Source of the DNA: Azolla caroliniana
Taxonomy: Eukaryota; Plantae; Polypodiophyta
NCBI GenBank assembly: GCA_043228905.1
Contig: JBHGNT010000005.1
Coordinates: forward strand, 2,232,001-2,296,000
Length of the DNA: 64,000 nt
Reading direction: 5' to 3'
Made by a program: the position numbers and the translations under genes. Below are positions 12,180 through 20,687 of this stretch, one piece after another. The notes below the pieces were generated by a model. The model ran no database searches and was not told the DNA's origin. It was given only the letters and a program-made list of their open reading frames with translations. Every line of letters starts with the position of its first letter. Within the stretch, counting starts at the first letter, position 1.

Positions 12180-12279
12180 TGTCATGACACAGTGACATCA
12201 AATACATAGTTGGTGAAGATTGAACATGCAACCTTGCATCAAGAAGATGTCATGCTCAACCATTTTGATATGAGCACGT

Positions 12280-12892
12280 TGTCGTGAAGAAAACCGGCCA
12301 TAGGCGGAATCGGAGAGAAAGCGTGTAAACCGGCCCTTACACGGATGGACGCGTGACTTGAAATTTTGTACACGAACCGGTGGGTGTAAATACTAAGCCG
12401 CACACATTTATTAGGGGGGGATTGTGCGTATCCCGGTCAGAGGGACAAGGAATAAAGGGAAGAGGACAAGGGAAAACGGGCATCGTGTGCGAGGAGGAAG
12501 GGAAGCATTGTTGCAGAACGGAAGGCGGAGCTCTCTCTCTTTGACTCGAATCGTCGCTCTCTGCGGGTGTCGGGAGGTCGCTGCCTCTGCTTCGTGGACA
12601 GCCCGTGTGCTTCCAACAGAGTCGCTCCCTCTCCCCTTTGTTTCTTTGAGTCGTGTGATTGTCGTCGGTGTGCGTGAGTAGGGTCCCCGTGTCGGGTCCG
12701 TCGCCGCTTTGTCGGTTGTAACTGTCGGAGTTTGTAATCTCTTGCCATTATAATTAAGTGTTACGTTCTATATCTCTCTTTCTCGCTTCTACGTGTCGGT
12801 GAATCTCTCTCTGTCTCTCTCTCTCTCGCTCCTCGGTCCAAGACCCCTGTGGTCCCGCCCCTTTCTACACGTACGCGCGTAACAACACGACA
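12280..12892 (+). repeat. 5' LTR of the nested gypsy (613 bp)
   Basis: TG...CA ends followed by the PBS. The last 206 bp match 16912-17117 with 5 mismatches by manual count. Confidence 0.9.
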
Positions 12893-12896
12893 TCTT

Positions 12897-12914
12897 TGGT
12901 GAACCCGACGTGAA
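12897..12914 (+). other. Primer-binding site complementary to tRNA-Trp
   Basis: TGGTGAACCCGACGTGAA is the reverse complement of the 3' end of plant cytosolic tRNA-Trp (...TTCACGTCGGGTTCACCA, recalled sequence). It sits 4 nt after the LTR. Confidence 0.85.
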
Positions 12915-12937
12915 CAGGGCGGCAAAGGAGTTGAAAT

Positions 12938-15070
12938 ATGAGGGGATCGGAGCTAGCAGAGGCAATGGCGGTGGCCGTCGACCGGCTGGTGAGCGCTCAT
13001 GAGGGAACGGGTACCCTCGACGGAGCAATTGAATCGATCGTCAGCTCTATAGGACGTTTCAGAGGGAAAGACGCCACAAGTTATTTGGAGGCTTACCGGG
13101 CCGAAATGATCATGAGGGATATCCCGGTGGACAGGCGGCTGTCCGGATTCCTTCGGGTGGTGACGCCGGGCATCCATGCGGAGGTGCTCGAGGTGCTGGC
13201 CGGATGCCAGACTTGGGAGGAGTTCGAGCTGCAGCTTCTCGAGAAGTACGGGTTTGACGACTCGCTCCGGCTGTCGAGGCGGGACTTCATGGCGTGGGTG
13301 GAAAGCCCCGGAAAAGGGAGGAACACGTCGGTGCTCCACAAGGAGTTCGAAAAATGGTTCGCGCGGCTGTCGACGCTGGACCGGACGGTGCTCGAAACAA
13401 GTCGAGTGCTGCTGTTTGTCAAGTCGGTGGATGCGCTCGACAGGGAAAAGGTGGGTCCCCTACTGGAAACGGACGAAGGGCTCACGACGGATTGGGCCGT
13501 GGTAAAACGGGTCTGCAGCCGTTTTGACAAAAGGCGCGATTGGAGCGATGGAAGCACGTCGGGGTCAGGGCTGGTCCCGGGGAGGAGGCTCGAGGAGCCG
13601 GTTTCGGTGCCGGTTGGGAGGAAGGAAGAGACCCGAATCTGGCCGGAGTTGGGGTCGGCATCGAGTGACGTGGTCAGAGGCCCATCCGGAGGAGCGGCTC
13701 TGGAGGAGCTAACACAGATGGTGCACGACCTGCAGATCGCACAGGCCCTGAGAGACAGCGGTGAACAACCTCGCGATCGGAGGCCGCCGGCTGGGCAGCG
13801 GTGCATGTGGTGTGACACGATCGGTCACATTCGGAAGGATTGCGTGGATTTCGCCGACGCGCTCAAGACCAACGTGGTGTACCACTGGAACGGGCGGGTG
13901 CACGCGAGCGAGACCCGGAGAGCCCTAGAACTGAATACAGGGCGCGGCGGAATGAAGAGGTTGATGGAAGAGGCCGCAACACGGCACGTCGAAGTCGTCA
14001 ACTACTCGGTGTCGGCGGGAATTCGGGTCGGGGGTGATGAGACCCGGAAGGCGAAGGACTCCGGATTCTGGTCGCTAGTGCTAGAAGGCCTCTCCGGAGT
14101 TCGGCTGAGGAAGGAAGAGGCGGACCGCGCGGAACAGCGGGTTCAGGAGGTCAATGGTTGGGACGATCCGGTCGAAGAGAAAATGGGCTTCGTAGAAGCC
14201 GCTTGCCAGAACTATGAGGTTCTGGTGGAGGACAAACGGGCAGGAAACGCCGGAGGGGTTGACCCCCCGAGGTATGAGACCCGGTTCGGACCGAGACTGA
14301 CCGGTGCCGGCAACCTAGGTGTGCCGGATGGGAAGAAGCAGGTGGGGTTTCGGTTGAGCACCGAAATCGAGAGAGCAACGGACCTACAGAAGGTCCTTGA
14401 AGAGCGAATCCTCGACAGTAAAGTGGAGCTGTCGTTGCGGGAGCTACAGGGAATCGCCAAGAGGGAGTTCCACGACTCTATCGTAGACTTGGTGAAGTGG
14501 AAGAGGCGCTCGACGGAGCCGGAACCGGAGAAGCCGGTGGAAGTGCGAACCACGCACCTGGAAGACGGAGCCCTAGAAGATGAGCTGGCGGGAAGCCACT
14601 ACACGAAGCCACATTGGGCCAGGGCGACTACGGAAACCCCTGTACGGATTGGCAACGTTCTGGAACCGGTGGTGGCGTTGGTAGACCATGGATCCGAAAT
14701 CAACCTGATGTCCATGGATTTCTACAAGAAGGGTAAATGGCCGATCAACACCAAGCATGGTTGGAAGATACGGGCAGCGACACGCGCCACGGAAGAACTA
14801 CATGGGGCCTGTCCGAACGTACGGGTGAAAATTAGCGATGTCGAGATCGACCAACACTTCTTTGTGCAGGAGACGTCCTCGCCCCCGGTTATACTAGGAG
14901 AGCCAAATATAACGGCGGCACGGATGGAGACCAAGGTGCTGGACAACGGTTCAGCCTATGCAAGAGTCAAGAGCCAGGACGGGCGTCACTCGGTCCAGTT
15001 CCTAACAATGCGACCAAACCACGAGCGTAGCCGCGAGGCCCTCGGTAGTGAAACCCGAGGGGATATTTAG
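12938..15070 (+). CDS. Gypsy Gag-protease ORF (710 aa, uninterrupted)
   Basis: CCHC knuckle CMWCDTIGHIRKDC and aspartic protease ALVDHGSEINLM...VILGEP. Confidence 0.85.
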   Translation: MRGSELAEAMAVAVDRLVSAHEGTGTLDGAIESIVSSIGRFRGKDATSYLEAYRAEMIMRDIPVDRRLSGFLRVVTPGIHAEVLEVLAGCQTWEEFELQLLEKYGFDDSLRLSRRDFMAWVESPGKGRNTSVLHKEFEKWFARLSTLDRTVLETSRVLLFVKSVDALDREKVGPLLETDEGLTTDWAVVKRVCSRFDKRRDWSDGSTSGSGLVPGRRLEEPVSVPVGRKEETRIWPELGSASSDVVRGPSGGAALEELTQMVHDLQIAQALRDSGEQPRDRRPPAGQRCMWCDTIGHIRKDCVDFADALKTNVVYHWNGRVHASETRRALELNTGRGGMKRLMEEAATRHVEVVNYSVSAGIRVGGDETRKAKDSGFWSLVLEGLSGVRLRKEEADRAEQRVQEVNGWDDPVEEKMGFVEAACQNYEVLVEDKRAGNAGGVDPPRYETRFGPRLTGAGNLGVPDGKKQVGFRLSTEIERATDLQKVLEERILDSKVELSLRELQGIAKREFHDSIVDLVKWKRRSTEPEPEKPVEVRTTHLEDGALEDELAGSHYTKPHWARATTETPVRIGNVLEPVVALVDHGSEINLMSMDFYKKGKWPINTKHGWKIRAATRATEELHGACPNVRVKISDVEIDQHFFVQETSSPPVILGEPNITAARMETKVLDNGSAYARVKSQDGRHSVQFLTMRPNHERSREALGSETRGDI

Positions 15071-16270
15071 AGAGGGCTATCAAGGCGTGGGGCCGCGATA
15101 GTCCGAACACCCAGGAAGAACCCCACAAATGTACAGTACGGAAGAAGACCTGTACCATAGGTAGGAAATTTTGGTTCTCCGACAGCGGAGGTTGTACTAT
15201 AACCAGCGTCAGCGGTAGGGAGAGGAAGCGAGGGGAGGAGCGGCTCAGTGGATGCGGAGTCCTCTTCCTCGACGAGGACATTAGCGGCGCCGTGGAGGCG
15301 GTCTCTTTTGACGACACCTTGGGCGAACTACGAAAGGTGATCGATGAAGACCTTAGGGAAGACTGGACCGTTCCGGTAGGGTCGATGGGACTGTACGAAG
15401 TCATCGCAGACTTCGGGGAAAGGATTGGGTCGGATCGGACGGCCCGCGTGGATACGAAATACAAGACTGTGGACCGGAAGGTGAGGCCAGTCGCGGCACC
15501 CTTGCCGGAGGGCAGCGAGGAGCGGATAAAAGGGGTCGCGTCGGACCCAAGTTTACGAAATCCCGCTGGCATAGGGCACCAGTTCACCGACATAACGCTA
15601 CGGGAGCTCAAGGTCGGTGGGGGCCGCTTCCTACTGCCGGCGGAGGAGGACCGGTTTCAGAGAATGCTCGGGAGGCATGGGAAGGCTTTCGCATTCTCAC
15701 CGGAGGAGATCGGGTGCGTAGACCCGACAGTTGTCGAACCGATGGTGATGTTCACGGTACGACATGTACCGTGGAATCTCAAGCTGATTCCGGTGCCAAG
15801 AGCTCACATCCCGAAGTTGATGGAGCTCCTAAAGCAAAAGGTGGAGATGGGCATCCTCAAACCGTCGAGTGCCCCGTATTCGAATCGGTGGTTTACGGTG
15901 CCGAAGAAGAACGGCACGCTGCGCTTCATCCAGGACCTACAACCGGTCAACAAGGTGACCATCCGTAATGTAGGGATCATACCGACCATAGACGAGTTCG
16001 CGGAGGCCTTCGCTGGAAGGTCGATCTATTCTGTCGGTGATCTGTACTCGGGGTACGATCAGTTCCAACTAGCCGTGGAGAGCAGAGACATTACGACGAT
16101 GCGGACTCCTCTCGGCCTAGTGCGGATGTGTACCCTGCCACAAGGAGGGACGAACTCAGTGGCTCACATGGTGAACGCGATGAACAAAGTGCTCAGGGAT
16201 TGTATCCCGGACATCACCATGTCGTTCTTAGACGACATCCCGATCAAGGGATGCCCGGTGGAGAAAAGGG
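15052..16270 (+). pseudogene. Gypsy pol in the -1 frame: RT truncated just after the catalytic FLDD
   Basis: The frame is open from 15052. Motifs WFTVPKKNGTLRFIQDLQPVN, DLYSGYDQF, LPQGGTNS and FLDDIPIKG are followed directly by LTR sequence. Confidence 0.85.
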
Positions 16271-16285
16271 ATCAAGGGATGCCCG

Positions 16286-16911
16286 GTGAAGAAAACCGTC
16301 CACAAGCGGAATCGGTGCACCAGAGCGTAGGAACCGGCTCTTCATGCACGTGCGCCTTATGTTGTACATAGGAGATCCTAGGCGGGCAGATTCGGTAGGT
16401 AGGAAGTAAAGGGGAAACGGCTCCTTCCTTGCCTATAAGAGGAGGGAGACGGGGAGGGATCGCAGAGAGTCGAGGACAAAGTGCTGTCGGTTTGCGCGCG
16501 AAGGCTTCTCTCTCTCTCTGGTTTGCAAACGCCATAGCTTCCTTCTGTGCAGGTTTCGGGAGGCTCGCGCTGCTCTGAGGAATGCCCGAGTGCTTTCGGC
16601 AGCACCTCCAACCTACTCCTTCCTCTCTGTGCGTTTACGAGCAGGTATCGGCATCTGTTCGCCGGCCTGTTCGGTTGTAACCGACTTCGTGTTTTGTTGT
16701 CTTCGTGTTCTTGTTGTTTGTCTTTGTTAATACATACATACATTCGTGCCTCTCTGTGTCGTTGTCCCACTCGCGTCTTTGTGTCGAAGGGCCGTGTCCC
16801 TGTGAATCTACTCTCGCACGTAGTGGGTCTCTTTTCTTTCTCTCTTGCTCTTTGGTACAGGACCCCCGAGGTCCCGCCTCATTCCACGCATCCGCAAGGA
16901 AAACCTCCACA
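16286..16911 (+). mobile_element. Near-complete LTR of a related gypsy subfamily
   Basis: Starts GTGAAGAAAACCG, like the 5' LTR minus TGTC. It has a TATAAGA, diverged homologues of the U5 motifs (TTCGGTTGTAAC, GTGAATCT, GACCCCCGAGGTCCCGCC) and ends in CA at 16911. Confidence 0.7.
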
Positions 16912-17117
16912 CCGTGTCGGGTCCGTCGCCGCTTTGTCGGTTGTAACTGTTGGAGTTTGTAATCTCTTGCCATTATAATTAAGTGTTACGTTCTATATCT
17001 CTCTTTCTCGCTTCTACGTGTCAGTGAATCTCTCTCTGTCTCTCTCTCTCTCGCTCCTCGGTCCAAGACCCCCGTGGTCCCGCCCCTTTCTACACATACG
17101 CGCGTAACAACGCGACA
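16912..17117 (+). repeat. Remaining 206 bp of the nested gypsy's own 3' LTR
   Basis: Near-identical to 12687-12892. Confidence 0.9.
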
Positions 17118-17521
17118 ACGTATTTGTATATAATAGTTTAGTATTGTAATATTCTAGCATATAGTACATTTCAAAATCAGAATATTCTAGAAATAATATA
17201 CAGTATATTCTAGATGGGTATATTCTAGAGATATTTCTCGACTATATTCTATACTCGATATTCAATCTTTTAACTTGTATAAATACTTGTAACCTCCTTG
17301 GTCCCTTTCAGGGGATTCAACACCAGTCATTGACACATCAATCTAGTATTCTCGTTTCATTCCATCTTGTCTCCTTCTTCATCTCTGTCTTCATGCTCTC
17401 ATGTCAGTCATAACTTCTAGAGTTCCTAACCTTGTCACATCTAGCTCCAAGTTCGTAGCTCGTAGCTCATAGCCCCATCATTTGTGCTCCGTCCGAGTCT
17501 GCGCTTTGTGTGTTTGTGACA

Positions 17522-18590
17522 CCCGTGCTCGGCTAACATACTGATGGAGACTAGACCCCTTTTGAGCTCGAGTATGTAACGGACATGGTGTAGGATGATT
17601 GTATTGCCATCGAATTGGTACTTCGTCGATTCTGTTGATTTTGCATTCCTACCCATTGTCGAGTTGGATAGTGTCGTCGGCTCCAACCAAATAGTTCAAA
17701 AACCATTTGATATTTGGGGTCACGTGAAATGTGGCACCAGAGTGTAGTAGCCACGTCCCTGCATCTTGCGCACTGTAGAGGCTTCTCTTTAAATCATCGA
17801 GTCCTATAGAGAGAGGATTTGTCCTGATCGAGAGTCGGCCACAATGATTTAGTTGCCGTCTGGAGAACGGTTCGAGTTGGAACGTCCTAAATTCCGCTCA
17901 AATTGTCAGCTGCCCTCATTTCTTTTAATTGACCAGTAGTCAAAAACATTATGACTAACTTTTCTGCAGTGAGTGCTGAAATCACTTGGTCAACTATTCC
18001 TCGACTTCGACCGTTGTCGATCTCCCCTCTTTCTTGGTCTACTAGTGTTTCAACCGGTTCTTTGAACTTGTTCTCTTGATCAACGTAATCGTTCAATTGA
18101 CTTGGTTGAATGGTGGGATTCTACCGACTCATTGATGGTGAGTCCCATCGATTTTCGCCAAATGTCCTTGGTGAGGACTTGTCTGACCGTCTCATCTAGA
18201 TTTAGATTCGGACAACTATTGGCAAAAGTCTCGCAAAATACGTCCCAACTTGCCAGAAACCTCTAAAGGAGGGCAAGAGCTTTAACTTCGTCTTCGAAGT
18301 TAATCCCTTGGGAGGAGAGTTCAGATAACACCCGACTGCAGGTGTTGATGTTGGAGGTTGCTAGATCCGTCTCTCTCATCTTCATGTTGAATAATTGTTG
18401 AATCGGTATCAACTTTGATGAGGAGGATTTCTTCTCGTACACCGCATGTAGTTTCTCCCACAAAGAGTGAGCAATCGTCTCCTTTGCCATGCTGAAATAG
18501 ACATTTTTAGCCAAGTCCATTCAAATGGTCAATCTGGCTATTTCGTCCATAGATTGTCATTCTTCTACAGACAATCAAGCTGGTTTGGTG
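17522..18590 (-). pseudogene. Copia gag-protease remnant
   Basis: ILHHVRYILELKRGLVSISMLAEHG follows the protease. The gag UBN2-like fragment is at 18263-18520. Confidence 0.85.
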
Positions 18591-19439
18591 TTATGCCGAA
18601 TGACTTCAATCTGTCGTCGGATGATGAGGACAAACTTCTTTGACTCATCAAGTTTCAAATCCCTCGACTATCTAGGAACCATGTGTTTCATGTTGCATCA
18701 ACACTTGACAACACTTTAGTGAGAAAGGTAGACCAAATAATACTTGTCTCTGTTAGTCATAGCCCAACTCTCTCATATTCAATCAAATGTTTGAAATGTT
18801 TAGAAGCCCTTCCTAATTACCCCAAATAAAATAGTTCATTTCTTGGTTAGTGGGTTTGTGATATTGATTGATTTTTCAAATTTTAACATGTTTGTGGGAT
18901 CTTTCATTGAAGGGCATCTTCAAATTTCCTCCTTTCTTTCAATCCCATCTAGCAACGATGGAATCTATATTCAACTAACGTTGGATCCTCACTCACAATC
19001 ATCCATATCATAACGTAGAAGATTCGTCAAAGGAAAGCAAGATCCAAAACTTGACTAGTCAAATTTGTGACCAAAGCCATCAATTTTCAATGGTACTTTA
19101 CGGACACATCTCCATGATAACTCTTCATTCAACATTACCCTTTTCATGTATGATTTCCACATATTTCTTTTGGGCAATAGACCTACCTTCATGATTGATA
19201 GAGTGAAAAGTATAACTTTTGAAGAACCATATTATCTTGATAGGTTCTAAATTGGAAGAATACACACCCATTTAAGTTGGAAATTCTAGAATCCAATCAT
19301 TTTCTTCGTAAACAATGATATCACTACTAATATTTGAAGTTTTGTCACTTGTGGCTTCTATTAACATCAATTGGGAGGTGTATAAATGAAGCAACTAAGC
19401 CTCATCACATAATTACTCAACAGACGCCCATCAACATGA

Positions 19440-19790
19440 GCCTCACACACCCACATTTAGCAAAGACACCCGCCAATCACTTCACAATTCAACACCTGCC
19501 TCTATGTTTGGTACCCTAGGAGGGAACAACCATTAGGGAGGCTGATATTCCACTTTGCATTGCCATCCACCATCTGTAACATCGGAGAACCTCTCCATTT
19601 TAGAAGGAAGTGGTACCTAGATTCGTCACTCGCATCAGAGGGCCCTTAAAGTCTATCAAACTTACCTCGTAGCGTAGAAATAAGATTAAACCAAATCATC
19701 ATTAAACTCTCAGCTGATGGGGTTCGCTTCCCGGTAAAAGACTCCTTACACCTTGATACCCATACTTGCCAAATAGTAAAGCCAACCACT
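19440..19790 (-). mobile_element. LINE 3' fragment of the same family as 1270-1960
   Basis: The reverse complement AAATGGAGAGGTTCTCCGATGTTACAGATGGTGGA matches ~1820-1855, and the ATTTGGCAAGT region matches ~1655. Confidence 0.7.
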
Positions 19791-19957
19791 AAAGTTTTGT
19801 TTTTATATGTTAGGATATTTTACAAACATGTAATAATTTTGTTTGAGAAAATTTATTACTTGAAACAAAATTGGAGCTCTATGTTTTCCTTACATTAGGA
19901 TCCCTGAGACGAACATACATATAGTCAACTATGTAATGCACATCGTGTTAATGTTGG

Positions 19958-20399
19958 TGTTGTCCGCCGGAATAGTAACCGACGGACAAAAAAACATAGG
20001 AATAGGAAATAATATAGGAGCATAACGCATGTAACGGTTCACGCAGGAAGCGTGAACGGCTAAATAGACCCTACATATATAAAGGGCAGAAAACCTCTGA
20101 TAGAGGGTGCGTGTAATTTTGGGAATGTAAAGAAATGCCTGATAATAGAATTCTATCTTCTCTGATTTCCTGTGTATAACTACGGCTAATTCACTGTGTG
20201 CGTCTTGAATACCTAAGCGTTTAAGTACGTAAGTGTAACCCTTGATAGGGATTCGGTTGTAGCCGTCTCCCTTATATGTTGATAGGTTACAGGGATTCTT
20301 CCCCTACGCATTACGCTTAAACACCTGTTCGTTGTTCCATCCCCACTTTGAGGTCTAGGTCGAAGGACTGACCGCGGACCGTGTTCCTAATTGGCAACA
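19958..20399 (+). repeat. 5' LTR
   Basis: TGTTG...CAACA. About 23 mismatches versus the 3' LTR by manual count, nearly all transitions. Confidence 0.95.
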
Positions 20400-20403
20400 C
20401 TTT

Positions 20404-20417
20404 TGGCACGCTTGGTG
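20404..20417 (+). other. Putative PBS, tRNA-Arg-like and degenerate
   Basis: TGGCACGCTTGGTG, 4 nt after the LTR, resembles TGGCAC(A/G)CCCGGTG. Confidence 0.5.
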
Positions 20418-20687
20418 ATCTGTGTTTTCTCATAGACGAGCAACAACGAATGGATGTTTAGCCGCAGATGACCCAGAGAACCAACACGACAAGACCGGCC
20501 AATAAGAAGGTCCGTCACACGCCAAGCAGAAGAACGCGCACGGCAAAAGCCGCGCTTCAGCGACCTCAATACTACCTGTCGTGAGTACAAAGGTGATCCT
20601 TCGCTCCCCAAATACCTCGACGAGACGCGGGGACTACGCTCACCATAGCCACCCGGTGGCCCTTCCCGACCCGCCGTAGCCCCCAAC

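Larger units (their letters stand above)
12280..17117 (+). mobile_element. GC-rich Ty3/gypsy retrotransposon, deleted from mid-RT onward
   Basis: Ends are TGTCG...CGACA with a 4-bp TSD ACGT (12276-12279 and 17118-17121). It has a PBS, a gag-protease ORF and a partial RT. Confidence 0.92.
11321..17521 (+). mobile_element. Non-autonomous, internally deleted LTR element nested in the copia
   Basis: Ends are TGTCA...TGACA with a 5-bp TSD CCCGT (11316-11320 and 17522-17526). Removing the element restores the copia frame MLAEHG|YRTILSESSW. The LTR start recurs at 12180, directly after a PPT. Confidence 0.9.
12180..17521 (+). repeat. 3' LTR of the non-autonomous element, split into 12180-12279 and 17122-17521 by the gypsy insertion
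   Basis: Starts TGTCATGACA like 11321, resumes after the ACGT duplicate and ends TGTGACA before the TSD. Confidence 0.8.
7552..18590 (-). mobile_element. Decayed Ty1/copia retrotransposon (Tnt1/Tork-like), 5' LTR missing, interrupted by nested elements at 11321-17521
   Basis: Minus-strand order is gag (LWEKLHAVYEKKSSSSK, 18263-18520), protease region, GAG-pre-integrase, integrase, RT (LDVKTTFLHGDLEEDIYM; LYVDDMLI), RNase H (GCAISWRSKLQ). Many stops and frameshifts. The right boundary is approximate. Confidence 0.9.

Noticed and set aside
13093-14553. Long antisense and alternative-frame ORFs over the gypsy gag
   Set aside because: These are shadows of GC-rich coding sequence with no recognisable motifs.
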